Assembly: GCA_963820825.1 (NCBI GenBank)
Contig: CAWGBN010000008.1
Coordinates: 615,921 to 679,920, forward strand
Direction of reading: 5' to 3'
From: Vulcanimicrobiota bacterium
GTDB lineage: Bacteria > Vulcanimicrobiota > Vulcanimicrobiia > Vulcanimicrobiales > Vulcanimicrobiaceae
Length of the DNA: 64,000 nt
A program made the translations under genes and the position numbers. A model generated the notes under the pieces. It had not been told where the DNA came from. It was given only the letters and a program-made list of their open reading frames with translations, and did not search any database. Shown here one piece after another: positions 40,662 through 51,530 of this stretch; the first letter of the stretch is position 1, and the number at the start of each line of letters is the position of its first letter.

Positions 40662-41411
40662 CTAGGACGTATTGGGCGCCGCACCCGGATGCGTGCCCGC
40701 CCGTTGGGGGAGAACCGTAATGCAGATGATGATGAAGGTGGCAATGATCACCGATGCCAGCGGTCGGCTCACATCAAGCCCGCCTTGTGCGTGCGGCTTG
40801 TCGAAGAAGTCCCCGACCGTCGCGCCGAGCGGGCGTGTCAAAATGAATGCGCCCCAAAAGAGCGCGACGCGCGAGATCTTCGTCCAGTAATACGCTGCGG
40901 CGACGAGTGCTAATGCGGCGCCGAAGACGAGCGCGCCTCGCTCGTAGCCCAATCCCGAACCGGCAACCCAATCTCCGAGTGCCGTTCCCAGCGTCTGTGA
41001 AAACGTAATCGTTGCCCAGTAAAATGCTTCCACCCGGGGCGTGCTGACGGTTTGAACCGAGACCGAACCTTCCGACCAGTACCACAGGCCGAGCGCGAGC
41101 AGCACGCTCGCCAAGAGCACGATGGAACCACCGGCATAGCCGATGCCCAGCGTGCGATCAGCAAAGTCAGCCATCGTGGTGCCCGCCGTCGTCGAGGCGA
41201 CGATGGTGGCCCAGTAAATCACCGGGTGAAATCTTTTGGCGATGATCTGGAGTGAGACCAAAAGCACAAGCACGGCAAGAAAAATCGCAGTGCTCGTCAG
41301 ATAGCCGAGACTCATAGTCATCGAGAACGTGTCGCCGCCGGTCTCCCCGAGTGTCGTGGCGGCGATCTTGATGATCCAAAAGCCCAGCGTGACGGCGGGT
41401 ACCTTTGTCAT
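40662..41411 (-). CDS. COG4705 / DUF347 membrane protein
   Basis: KVPAVTLGFWIIKIAATTLGETGGD, QTLGTALGD, TRPLGATVGD. Confidence 0.85.
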   Translation of the reverse strand: MTKVPAVTLGFWIIKIAATTLGETGGDTFSMTMSLGYLTSTAIFLAVLVLLVSLQIIAKRFHPVIYWATIVASTTAGTTMADFADRTLGIGYAGGSIVLLASVLLALGLWYWSEGSVSVQTVSTPRVEAFYWATITFSQTLGTALGDWVAGSGLGYERGALVFGAALALVAAAYYWTKISRVALFWGAFILTRPLGATVGDFFDKPHAQGGLDVSRPLASVIIATFIIICITVLPQRAGTHPGAAPNTS

Positions 41412-41584
41412 GACTGCTTCAAGTTACATCTTTGCCGCCCCGCCCCCGCCTCGCGGCCGCGCGCGCGTAGAGCCATTCACCCTTCGCGATACCGCGCTCG
41501 TGGCCGGTTTTGATGCGGCACGGCAACCGAATGGCAACCGCATCGCCGCGAGCACCAAAAAGGCCCGCAAATACCGGCCGTTGA

Positions 41585-41791
41585 TGGTAGCGCCAACGGG
41601 AATCGAACCTTCTCTCTTTCGGAAACTGACGAAACTGAGGCAACCGGCGAACACGAATTCGCGCTGCCCGTCTTCCAGGTGCTTCGGTTTCGGCTATTTC
41701 TCCTATTGCTCGTCACCCATCCGTCCCAGAGGGCACCATGGCCGCGTAACCCGCCTGCCGTCCCCAAGAAATCCCGGCGCCCGTTCCGCCG
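41585..41791 (-). repeat. tRNA 3'-end repeat copy 4 (41585-41609) plus about 180-bp type-B arm
   Basis: TGGTAGCGCCAACGGGAATCGAACC; the following sequence recurs at 61096-61281. Confidence 0.9.
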
Positions 41792-41871
41792 TTCAAAAAG
41801 GGGAAAACGGCAAATCGCGGGTTAAGTGGTTCGAGCCATCTAGTTGCTTGGATGACATCACTAATTGCAGT

Positions 41872-42318
41872 ATGTTTGGCCAATTAACGCCCGGTGCGAT
41901 CGAAGCCCTACTCCACGAAGAGATCGTAGGCCGGATCGGCTACGTCGATCGTCGCGGTCTCCCGACCATCGTTCCGATCACGTATGCGTACGATGGGCGA
42001 GCGATCTACGGATACAGCATGCTGGGAGCGAAAATCGAGAACATGGCAGCCAACCCCCGGGTATGCCTCGAGATCGACCGCGTTGACAACGCCGCGGAGT
42101 GGCGCTCGGTGCTGGTTCGCGGAACCTTCGAGCTGCTCGACGGCAGAGCTGCCGTAGAAGCCGTCGAGCGCATCTCCGAACGCCTGCGAACGGTTGCCGC
42201 CGCCACGGCGGCCCCCGCGATGGCCTGGCGTACGTTCGTTACCCGTACGGGCGGGGACGGCATCGCGTATCGCATCCACATTACGGAGAAGTACGGCCGT
42301 TACTCGACCCCCGATTAA
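41872..42318 (+). CDS. Pyridoxamine 5'-phosphate oxidase-like (NimA-like) flavin-binding protein
   Basis: VGRIGY, PTIVPITYAYD, GAKIENMAANPRVCLEID, WRSVLVRGTFE. Confidence 0.85.
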   Translation: MFGQLTPGAIEALLHEEIVGRIGYVDRRGLPTIVPITYAYDGRAIYGYSMLGAKIENMAANPRVCLEIDRVDNAAEWRSVLVRGTFELLDGRAAVEAVERISERLRTVAAATAAPAMAWRTFVTRTGGDGIAYRIHITEKYGRYSTPD

Positions 42319-42319
42319 G

Positions 42320-42608
42320 CGCCAACGGTCAGCCCATAATCGCGCTGACGTGGGATCCGGACGACCGTTTCGTTCCGAGGTTTACCGGTGCGCTATCCGG
42401 CGAAATGTTGGAGGACGGAAGAGCACGCTTGACTCTCGAGGGTACATACGATGTACCTTTCGGACCGGTAGGAGCCGTGTTCGATGCAGTTCTGGGCCAC
42501 CGGATCGCCGCGACGACGGCCGACGCCTTCCTGCACGTCAAACGATTCATCGAGGTGGACTATCAGGTTGCGGCGGCGACGTCGCTTGCCGACTCTCCGA
42601 AAGACTAA
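42320..42608 (+). pseudogene. 5'-truncated duplicate of the 36061-36552 gene
   Basis: 42320-42621 nearly identical to 36261-36564, with a 3-nt deletion (LQDVK to LHVK). Confidence 0.85.
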
Positions 42609-42675
42609 ACGAGAGGACGAAGCAGCTAATCTTGACAGCAAAGACTAGGCGACGGGTACGGCTAAGAAACCCTTC

Positions 42676-43113
42676 GTGAAGGCTTCGCCGACGTTGATCG
42701 TGGCGATCTGCACTGGCGCCGTCACGGCATTTTCTCTCGCCGGGCCGAGCGATCGGCTCGCCCTCGCTGAATCGAACGGTGCCGCGATTTATCAGAATCG
42801 TTGCGCCATCTGCCATGAGCGATCGGGGGAAGGCGTACCCGGCGCGTTTCCGCCGTTGGCTCAGAACCCGCATGTTACCACAAGCGACCCCAGTGCGGCG
42901 ATCGTCGCCGTCCTCAATGGGATGCTCGTCGCCATTACCGTGCGCGGGCACCGGTACACCGGCGGAATGCCGGGCTGGCGAGATTTCCTCTCCGACGCCG
43001 ATGTGGCCGCCGTCGTAACGTACATTCGCACGTCCTGGGGGAATCGCGCTTCGACGGTGACCGCGTCTCAGGTCGCGCGAATTCGGGGAAACGCGTCGAC
43101 GCTCACGCCGTAA
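42676..43113 (+). CDS. Cytochrome c (copy 2)
   Basis: Differs from 33336-33773 at 3 residues; 42625-43123 duplicates 33281-33783. Confidence 0.85.
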   Translation: MKASPTLIVAICTGAVTAFSLAGPSDRLALAESNGAAIYQNRCAICHERSGEGVPGAFPPLAQNPHVTTSDPSAAIVAVLNGMLVAITVRGHRYTGGMPGWRDFLSDADVAAVVTYIRTSWGNRASTVTASQVARIRGNASTLTP

Positions 43114-43199
43114 TGGCGACAAGTCCTCGGCGAAGCGAGCCGGGACCGGCAGGACTCAGCGCTCCGAACAGCCCAGTTCGACTGCGACGCCCCGTCTGC

Positions 43200-43403
43200 C
43201 TCGATCTCATCAACTCGCCAATGCTTCCGAATTTAAAACTTGACGACGATGGCGCCCTGACGATTTACATCCAGAACGCTTCGCCCGGAGCTAGCAAGGA
43301 ATCCAACTGGCTGCACGCGCCGTCGGGACCCTTCTTTATGATTCTAGGGGTCTACTGGCCGGAGGAGTCCGCCTCGACGGTCAATGGAAGCCCCCGCTCG
43401 TGA
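43200..43403 (+). pseudogene. DUF1214-family C-terminal fragment
   Basis: LINSPMLPNLK..DGALTIYIQ..SPG..KESNWL.AP.GPF..IL.VYWP with no N-terminal part. Confidence 0.7.
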
Positions 43404-43453
43404 AGATCGCCAACTAACCGCGAACGCGGAGCTCGCCAATAGCAGTTGGGCCG

Positions 43454-44512
43454 CTATCGTTTAAAGATTTGCGCCTCGATACCCGCAGACATCCAAATGC
43501 GATGGGTATTGTCAAACGCCAACGCCCATTCCCATTCGTATCCTTTGGGAGAAGCCAAAGCAGAAAATTGCTGTCTGTGCGTGTCGAAGCGCAGCAGCCC
43601 CCCGCCGGCAACCCGCTGGTTCACGATATGCTGCGTTACGATCCAGAGCGCACCATCTGGACCGACGATCATTCCCTGCGGCGTGCCGGACTGGATGAAG
43701 CCGTTCGTGCCCTGGTAGATCGTCGAACCGCCGGAGACCGTAAGCTTTACAAGATGCGTTTGATATGATGAAGCGGACCAGCCGTCGGTATACCAGATGT
43801 TCCCGTCCGGGCCGGCGATGACCGGGCCGCCACTCTCGCCGTCAGGCGCTACGGTGCGGAGCGATCCGGTGACCGGATCGAGGTTAACGATAAAATAGCC
43901 GCTTGCGAAGGCTCCGAACCAAAGGTGTCCGTCGTTCCCCCAGGCGATTCCGGTCTCACCGATCGTGAGAAATTGCTGCGAACCGCTCTTCAGCGGGTAT
44001 TCCTTTAACTCACCCGCTGGGGTCAACCGCCCGATGTAATGCTGCTCTACAAACCAGACGTTTCCATCTCCGCCGGTCACGATGCCGCCGGCCAAAAACT
44101 CGCTTACCTGATATTTTGTAATCTTGAGCTTCGTCGTGACGCGCAGAATCGTCGCTCCGTCGGTTGTCAGCCAAAACGCGCCGTCCGGGCCGACGATCAG
44201 TTGTTCGGGATGGTATCCCAGCTCGTACTTTTTCACCCCGCCGCCGGGCAAGAATCGGTCGAGCGTGGTACCGAAGTCACCGTCGCACATCCAGATATCG
44301 CCGTCAGGTCCGAGCGCAACGCCGGCGTAGGTAACGCCTTTCGTGTAACGGATTCGCCAGTGCGCCCCCGCCTTCGCATCGGCCGTTTCATGACGAGTGG
44401 GTGCTCGCAGACTCGTCAGTTTCCCGCTGGCGACGAGATCCGGAACCGTACCGCGCGTGCTGCATGCCGTCAGGAGCGCTAAGAAACCGCAGGTTAAAAA
44501 CGGTCTATGCAC
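43454..44512 (-). CDS. Vgb (virginiamycin B lyase)-like beta-propeller lipoprotein
   Basis: Lipobox LTACST; repeated GPDGxxW blades. Confidence 0.75.
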   Translation of the reverse strand: MHRPFLTCGFLALLTACSTRGTVPDLVASGKLTSLRAPTRHETADAKAGAHWRIRYTKGVTYAGVALGPDGDIWMCDGDFGTTLDRFLPGGGVKKYELGYHPEQLIVGPDGAFWLTTDGATILRVTTKLKITKYQVSEFLAGGIVTGGDGNVWFVEQHYIGRLTPAGELKEYPLKSGSQQFLTIGETGIAWGNDGHLWFGAFASGYFIVNLDPVTGSLRTVAPDGESGGPVIAGPDGNIWYTDGWSASSYQTHLVKLTVSGGSTIYQGTNGFIQSGTPQGMIVGPDGALWIVTQHIVNQRVAGGGLLRFDTHRQQFSALASPKGYEWEWALAFDNTHRIWMSAGIEAQIFKR

Positions 44513-44538
44513 CGGTTTCCGATCTCATCGAGCGATTT

Positions 44539-47500
44539 CTACGGCGGCGTGCCGGACGCGGAGACGGGTTTCTCGTTCGCGGCTTTGAGCGTGGCGTTAG
44601 CTGCGCTGAGTGAAGCCACCCATGCGTCGTAGGCTTTCGCACGGTCGGCGTAGTCGCGCTCGAGGCGGGCATACAGCAGTAGGCTCGCTTGCGCGAGCGG
44701 CTCGTCGTTCATCAGGCCCAAAACGTCTTCGCGCAGCTGTCCCGGCTTCTGAATGAAATCCTCAAAGCTCTGCGGCGACGACGTTAGCGTTGCAACGAGC
44801 GCGTCGATGCTATCGATCGCCGACTGTAGCTTTGCCGCGCTCGACGTGTCCCCGGGCTTGAGCGACTTCTTGTCGTCGACGAGCGTCTCGCGAACCGAAT
44901 GCAGCGCGTTGAGCTTCGCGTCGATGCGTCCTAAGAGGTTGTAGACGCGGCGCTGCTGCTCGAATTGCGCACGGTACTCGGCCGCCGTCGTGCTCGAGAG
45001 CGGATCGGCGATTTTGAGCAGCGGGAAGCGATACGTCTTGCCGTCGAGATGAAAGACCATGACGTAACGGCCCGGCGGAAGTGCCGGACCTTCCTCGGGA
45101 CCGCGGAAGAAGAACGGCGCGCTATCATAGCGAGTCGGGCCGTCGATCGTAAAATCGTAGTCGAACTCGTTCTTGCCGTCGCCCCGGCTCAGCCAATACG
45201 ATTCACCCTCTTCGCCGGTGAAGACGTCGTGTTTGCCCTCGACGTGGCGCCACAGCTGCCCGTGGAGATCGTAAATGTCGATCGTCGGGCGCTTCTTGGC
45301 GGCGACGGGGAGCCAGTAGTATAACGCTGCGACGGCCCCGCCGTTGCTCAATATTCCACCGCCGGGCTGCTGCCCGACGAAGTCGTTGTAGTTCCCTTCG
45401 TCGTCGCGATAGCCGATCAAGTCGATGCCGGGCCGCGGACCGATGACCAGGGGCGCCGTCGGCACCGAACATGCCGACTGCTGCACCGGGCGGATGTCGT
45501 CCATTACCCAAATCGCGCGACCGTGCGTCGCGATCACGAGATCGTCGAACTGCGGCTGGATGCGAATGTCGCGCACCTCCACCGCCGGCAGGTTGTTTTG
45601 GAAACTCTGCCAGTTCGCGCCGCCGTCGCACGATATGAGGACGCCGCGATTGGTGCCCGCGTAAACGATGCTCGCATTACTCGTGTCCGGACGGACCGCA
45701 CGGACGTACTGGCCGGCCGGTACTCCGTTCGTCACGCGTTGCCAATGCGCGCCATAATCGTGGGTCACGAAGATATAGGCGGCATCGTCGCCCATTGCGT
45801 GCCGATCGGCCGAAACGAAGACCGTACCGCCGGCAAGCACCGAGGGTGCCACGGTTTCGACGGCGCTATCGGGCGGCAGGCCGGGCGGCGTGACGTTGCG
45901 CCAATGCGCGCCGCCATCGTGGGTAAGGTAGACGAGGCCGTCGTCCGAGCCCGTCCAGATTTCGCCCTTGCGCTGCGACGAGGTTTCGATGTCGAGAATC
46001 GTGCCGTAGTTTTCCGCCCCTGACTCGTCGTGGGTTACCGAGTTCTTCGCGACCTGCTGCTTCGACTTGTCGTCCCTGGTGAGGTCGGGGCTGATCGCCT
46101 TCCAATGCTTGCCGTTATCGCTCGTTTCGAAGAGTACGTTCGCGCCGATAAAGGCCACGCGCGGATCGTATGCTGCGAACGCGATCGGCGACTGCCAATT
46201 GAACCGATAGCGCGACGTTGCGAGCACGAAGTCTTCTTTCGCCGTCCCGCGATACGGCCGGATGTTCGTCGCTTCGTGCGAGACGCGGTCGTACACGACG
46301 AGCTCGCCGTTCTGCGAATCTGCCCAGATCAGGCGCTGGTTCGTCGGATCGGGGACGGCCCACTCGCCATCGCCCTCGGTGACCTTGAACCAATCGCGGT
46401 TGGTGATTCCGTCGGTGTTGCCGTTGAACGCGGGGCCGCAGTAGGCATTGTTATCCTGCAGTCCGCCGCAGACGAGATACGGGATACCGTTCGAAAGGCC
46501 GACGCGATAGACTTGGCCGATCGCAATGTTGCGAGAGTTCGACCAAGTCGTGCCGCCGTTGGTAGAGACGGCAATTCCGCCGTCACCGGCCAAGGCCATG
46601 CGATTGCCGTCGGGGGATATCCACATGTCGTGCAGATCGGGGTGGACGCCGAAGGCGGAGAGATCGAACTTCTCACCGCCGTTGAAGGATGTCGCGAGCA
46701 GCATGCTTACGGCATAGACGGTGCCGGCGTCGGTCGGCGAGACGCGCACGTGCGAAAAATAGAACGGGCGCTGGTTCGCCAACGAATCCTTACTGACCAT
46801 CTTCCAGGTGACGCCGGAGTCGTCGGAGCGCCAGAGAACGCCGGCGGCCGATTCGACGAGTGCGTAGACGCGATCGGGCTGCGAGGGCGCGATCGCCACG
46901 CCGATGCGCCCGATGGGCGGAGCGGGGAAGCCGTTGCCGGTCACTTCCTTCCACGTCCGGCCCCCGTCGTTCGAACGATAGAGCCCGTCGTCACCCGTTC
47001 CGCCGCTGCTCATCGCCCAGGGACGACGTAGAGCGTGCCACATCCCGGCGTAGATCAGGCTCGGGTTTTTGGGATCCATCGCCATGTCGCTCGCGCCGGA
47101 TTGCTCCGACAGGTAGAGCGTTTTGCTAAACGTTAGGCCGCCGTCGAACGAGACGTAGACGCCGCGCTGAGAGCTGGGCGCAAAGACGTCGCCGAGCACG
47201 GCAACCACGATATGCTTCGGATCGGACGGATCTAAAAGGATGCGCGAGATGCCGGGCGCGTTGGGAAAGGCTACCGCTTGCCACGAGCGGCCGCCGTTGG
47301 TCGAGTGGTAGAGTCCGCTCTCCGGGATGACGTCGTTACGCGGATTCGTCTCGCCGGCGCCTGCCCAAACGTCGGCGTCGTCGTTCGGGTTGACGGCGAT
47401 GGCGCCGACGCTGCTCAAATGGATGAAGTCCGAGACGTTCTGCCACGAGGTGCCGCCGTCGACGCTCTTCCAGACGCCCCCGCCCGCAGTGCCCGCGTAA

Positions 47501-47673
47501 TACAAGAGCGCGTGTTGGTTACTCCCGGCGACGGCCGTAGCGCGGCCCTCCGGAAGCGCGGGACCGATCGCGCGCCAGTGCATCTGCGTGATCGGTTCTT
47601 CGGCGGCGCGCGCGGCGAACGGAACGGCCACCCAAAGAACGCCGGCGGCCAGCAGAGCGATGCTCCAACGCAT
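44539..47673 (-). CDS. VPS10/BNR (Asp-box) repeat secreted protein, glycosyl hydrolase-like
   Basis: WRAIGP..GR, many SxDGGxTW Asp-boxes, GGLQDN, ISPDLT, LVIATHGR. Confidence 0.85.
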   Translation of the reverse strand: MRWSIALLAAGVLWVAVPFAARAAEEPITQMHWRAIGPALPEGRATAVAGSNQHALLYYAGTAGGGVWKSVDGGTSWQNVSDFIHLSSVGAIAVNPNDDADVWAGAGETNPRNDVIPESGLYHSTNGGRSWQAVAFPNAPGISRILLDPSDPKHIVVAVLGDVFAPSSQRGVYVSFDGGLTFSKTLYLSEQSGASDMAMDPKNPSLIYAGMWHALRRPWAMSSGGTGDDGLYRSNDGGRTWKEVTGNGFPAPPIGRIGVAIAPSQPDRVYALVESAAGVLWRSDDSGVTWKMVSKDSLANQRPFYFSHVRVSPTDAGTVYAVSMLLATSFNGGEKFDLSAFGVHPDLHDMWISPDGNRMALAGDGGIAVSTNGGTTWSNSRNIAIGQVYRVGLSNGIPYLVCGGLQDNNAYCGPAFNGNTDGITNRDWFKVTEGDGEWAVPDPTNQRLIWADSQNGELVVYDRVSHEATNIRPYRGTAKEDFVLATSRYRFNWQSPIAFAAYDPRVAFIGANVLFETSDNGKHWKAISPDLTRDDKSKQQVAKNSVTHDESGAENYGTILDIETSSQRKGEIWTGSDDGLVYLTHDGGAHWRNVTPPGLPPDSAVETVAPSVLAGGTVFVSADRHAMGDDAAYIFVTHDYGAHWQRVTNGVPAGQYVRAVRPDTSNASIVYAGTNRGVLISCDGGANWQSFQNNLPAVEVRDIRIQPQFDDLVIATHGRAIWVMDDIRPVQQSACSVPTAPLVIGPRPGIDLIGYRDDEGNYNDFVGQQPGGGILSNGGAVAALYYWLPVAAKKRPTIDIYDLHGQLWRHVEGKHDVFTGEEGESYWLSRGDGKNEFDYDFTIDGPTRYDSAPFFFRGPEEGPALPPGRYVMVFHLDGKTYRFPLLKIADPLSSTTAAEYRAQFEQQRRVYNLLGRIDAKLNALHSVRETLVDDKKSLKPGDTSSAAKLQSAIDSIDALVATLTSSPQSFEDFIQKPGQLREDVLGLMNDEPLAQASLLLYARLERDYADRAKAYDAWVASLSAANATLKAANEKPVSASGTPP

Positions 47674-47677
47674 GAGC

Positions 47678-48193
47678 TTAGTTGCCTTCGTCTTGAACGA
47701 CTTTACCGTCGATCTTTACTAAGGCGCTCACGTCCTTACTCTGTGTTTGCAGCCACGTCCCGTTCTCGAGCTTCCACGTGTCCTGCGAGCTCGTGGTCGC
47801 ATCGAGGTCGTGATTGCCGTCGGGCGCCTGAATCTGTCCGGCAATCTTGCCGGTAACGGTGACAACGACCGTGTTTGGATCGGAAGAGGTCGTCGAGTCG
47901 ATCGTATTGGCGCACGTCGTGATGTGCAGCTGTTTGATCTGCTGCTTTCCCTGTGCGATGTACGCGTCGCGCTGCATCTCCTTCCCCTTGAAGTCGACGT
48001 GCACGAACTCAGTGGCGAGTGAAGCAAATGCCGCATTGAGGTTCGCGTCGGTCGGGTCTTGGGTGGCGGTGCAGTACAACTGATAGTCGGTGGTGATCGC
48101 CTTCGTAGCGGCATCGGGGACTGCGTCGGCACGGGCGGCGACCGGAGCAAAAACGGCCGCGCACAGCAGCAACGCTGAAATCTTAAGAAACAT
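47678..48193 (-). CDS. Secreted NTF2-like (DUF4440) protein
   Basis: Signal peptide ARA; SQDTWKLENGTWLQ. Confidence 0.6.
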   Translation of the reverse strand: MFLKISALLLCAAVFAPVAARADAVPDAATKAITTDYQLYCTATQDPTDANLNAAFASLATEFVHVDFKGKEMQRDAYIAQGKQQIKQLHITTCANTIDSTTSSDPNTVVVTVTGKIAGQIQAPDGNHDLDATTSSQDTWKLENGTWLQTQSKDVSALVKIDGKVVQDEGN

Positions 48194-48463
48194 AAGTCCG
48201 GACCTTTCTTCGGCGAATTTCTGCCGTGGTTACCGAGGAGGGGCTCGTCATGTTTCGCCGCTCGGCGTCAGGACGCCCCGCCGGTTCGCGGAGCCCAGCG
48301 GCGGCGACGGGCAGAGCACCGGCGGCAGTAGCGGCGGGAACCGGTCAGATCGTCATCTCTTGGTAGGCGCCAGTCAGAACGATAATGCGCTCTCATCCTT
48401 TTCGAAGTTGGTTCTAATCATTACCGATGAGAGCTTCTGCCGCGACGATGCTAGAAATAAAGG

Positions 48464-48865
48464 ATGACGAAATCCCATAACATCGTACTGGCCTGCGCTC
48501 TGGGCGCGGCATCCTTACTCGGCGCAGCGGCGCCGGCATCGGCGGCGCACGTCGCCGTTGGAACCGTGCGACCGGCAACGACGGGGCGAGTGCTCCCCGG
48601 CAACCGCTACTACGGAACCACGTACCGCAGCTACGGCTATCGGTACGGCTACGGTTACCCCTATCGTTACGGCTATGGTTACCCCTATCGCTACGCGTAC
48701 GGCTATCCCTACGGCTACGGCATCGGCGGCGGCGTTGGTTACGTCGGCGGAGGCTACGGGTACGCGCCCTATCCGGTCGTATATCGGCCTCGGGCGTATT
48801 GGGCACGTCGTCCCTATTGGCGTCCGTATCGCCGCGCATATTGGGGACGGCCCATCGTTCGCTAA
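48464..48865 (+). CDS. Secreted Tyr/Gly/Arg-rich low-complexity protein
   Basis: Signal peptide; tandem YRYGYGYP-type repeats; YW-rich basic tail. Confidence 0.7.
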   Translation: MTKSHNIVLACALGAASLLGAAAPASAAHVAVGTVRPATTGRVLPGNRYYGTTYRSYGYRYGYGYPYRYGYGYPYRYAYGYPYGYGIGGGVGYVGGGYGYAPYPVVYRPRAYWARRPYWRPYRRAYWGRPIVR

Positions 48866-48917
48866 CTGATCGCGCCTCGGCGGACCTCACGACGCGCTGC
48901 GGAGGTTACCGATGATG

Positions 48918-51482
48918 CTATTTCTTGAAACACAGCGCGTCAAGCGCCTCTCGTGTGGCGTTCGTCCACGGATGATTCGGGCCAAGGGTCTTTTCGCGAA
49001 TCGTTAACGCGCACTCAAGCAACGCCTCCGACTTCGCAGAGTCTCCTTGATTGCGGTACACGGTCGCGAGGCCTTTGAGAACCTCCGCGACGTCTGGATG
49101 GTCAGGGCCCAGCGCCCTCTCCCAAATCGCCAGCGCGCGCAGGTAAAGCGGCTCAGCTTCTGCCCCGCATCCCGAGGCGGCGTAGACGTCGGCGAGGTGC
49201 ATGAGGCTCATGGCAACGTCGGGATGATCCGGACCCAGCGCTTCTTCCCGCCCTCAGCACGCGGACGAGAATCGGCTCGGCGTCGGCGTAGCGTCCTACG
49301 GTTCGATACAAGACCCCAAGACCGGTCTGGCCCCACAGAGCTTCAGGATCATTTGATTCGAATGCTTTTTCGCAAATCGCTAGCGCGCGCTTATGAAGCG
49401 ATTCTGCCTCCGTATATCGCGCCAGTTCCATGTACACGATCGCGAGGTTGTGCAGCGTTCTCCCAACAATGGGGTGATCGGGTCCAAGCTCTATTTGCCG
49501 CATTGCCAAAGCGCGTGAAAGAAGCGGCTCCGCTTCCACGTATCGCCCCAGCTCCATGTATAGCACCCCGAGGTTGTTGAGCGCCCTCGAAACCTCGGGG
49601 TGATCCGGTCCGTGCGCGTTCTCTAAAATCGCCAGCGCGCGCGCGCAGTACTGTTCGGCAGCGCCGTATTCGCCGCGTGCCCAAAGATAAATCACACATC
49701 GCCGCGCCAGATCGGCCGCCGTTAGCGGTTCGGCACCCTTCTGAAGGGCGTCCAATGCGGCCCGTGCGTGCGAAAGTATCCGCTCGCATTGCGGCCAATT
49801 TGCGAACTGCGCGCGCGGGAACACCGCTAAGGCAGCAGCCACAGCAAAATTTGCCCACGCGGTGATATCCTGAAGAAGATCGCGTCCGGCGAGCTGTACG
49901 AGGCGATGCATCCCGTAGGTGCGCGAGCTCGCAACGAAGGCGAGTAAGCCGAGCCGATCGAGCGCAGCAAGAGCATCGTCCAGCCGCAAGTCGTCCGACA
50001 ATGCCGAGCGCAAATCGAGCGCGCCATCTCCGGAAACAACCGGCACCAGTCGATCGGGACAGCGGTCGCTGACCTGATGAAAGAGCTCGTCGGGGATAGC
50101 GTCGGGCGCGAAGGAGGCAGCGAAACAAAGCACTGCCGCGGCCCCTAGCGCTTGCTGCTCGGCGTGCACAATTGATTCGCTAAAGGTCGCAAAGACCGAG
50201 CGGGGATAGTCCGCACCACGCGGGGCTTTCTTGAGATGCGCGTTGATGCGCTCCAAGTATCGGCGAGGGCTGGTCATGCGCATGCCGCGCAGTGCGGCTG
50301 CTGCATGCGCCAATGCCAACGGAAGAGCGCCGAGCGCTTGCGCGATGTCGTGCGCCTCAGCCTCGCTCAGGTCGGCGCGTCCGCTAGCGCGGCGCAGGTA
50401 GGCAACGGAGATCTCGAGACGCCACACTTGCAAGGGAATTGCGATGAAGTCGCTGCTCAGCGCGGCGTCGCGCGACGTGACCAAGGCGCGAGCCCCTGTG
50501 CGGGGCAACCACCTCCGAAGGAGCCCTGCGTCTTCAAGATTGTCGAAAACGAGGAGGACCGGCTTGTGGAAGCCCGCCAGCACTGAATTGATAACTCGCT
50601 GTGCTGCAACGCGCCGATCCGCCAGCTGATCGAGTCCGTGCGCGAACATCGCACCGAATCGCACCAATCCGTCGATGATCCCGTCTTCAGTGTGTGCGTT
50701 GAGCCACCACACCACGGAATACCCGTCGCGGTTGCGCCATCCATACTCGCGAGCGATGGACGATTTCCCGACGCCGCCCAACCCATGTATCAATGCTACC
50801 ACGCCGTCGCCCTTCAGCGCCGCGTGCACGGCGGCGAGCTCGTCGTCGCGCCCGCTAAAGCTGGGAACGGCGTAAAACTCAGCCGCGTCGACGACCGAAA
50901 GATCGCTGGGCAGCGTCCCTAGCGAACGCAGCGGTGGAAACTCCGAGGGCAAGGCCGCCGTCAGCAGCTGATACACGCGTTGCGGCTGAGTAAAGTCTTT
51001 GAGATGATACGCGCCAAGATCGCGCAGCGACACTTCTTTCGGTAGCGCGCCATCGACGAGCTCGGCCGTCTCGGCAGTCGGCAGGATCTGACCGCCGTGA
51101 CGATTGCGAGCAGCCGCGCAACTTTATTAACCGCCGGACCGAAGTAATCGCCCTCGCGCGCATCCGCGGTGCCGCTATGGATCGCGGTGCGCACTCGCAA
51201 CCCATCGACGCTCGAGAAATTTTCGGCCGCGAGCCTACATTGCGCGACGAGCATCGCCGCGACGGCACTCTCGGGGCGTTCGAACGTGCTGCAGAAGGCG
51301 TCGCCGATGGTCTTGAATACCTGGCCGCCGTGTTCGGTGATTGCGTCGCGTAAAATCGCGTCGTGGCGGCGTACGGCCTCCTGCATCGCGACGCGGTCAC
51401 GTTCCCATCGTGATGTACTGCCCTCGATATCGGTGAAGGCAAACGTCACGGCACGGGCCGATAGCGGTGCCGGTATCGCCAT
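48918..51482 (-). CDS. Class III adenylate/guanylate cyclase + NB-ARC (STAND) + TPR protein, broken by frameshifts near 51101 and 49250
   Basis: FTDIEGST, KTIGDAF, DYFGPAVN; GLGGVGKS, LLVFDN, LGALPLAL; TPR repeats LGPDHP. One restored G gives LAIGHGGQIL. Confidence 0.8.
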
Positions 51483-51530
51483 GGCGAGAAGTTCAAAGCC
51501 GAGGGCAGCGACGCCTGGAAGCCGGGAATA

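Noticed and set aside
33281..43123. Diversity-generating retroelement template/variable repeat pair
   Set aside because: No reverse transcriptase, and differences between duplicates are not adenine-specific.
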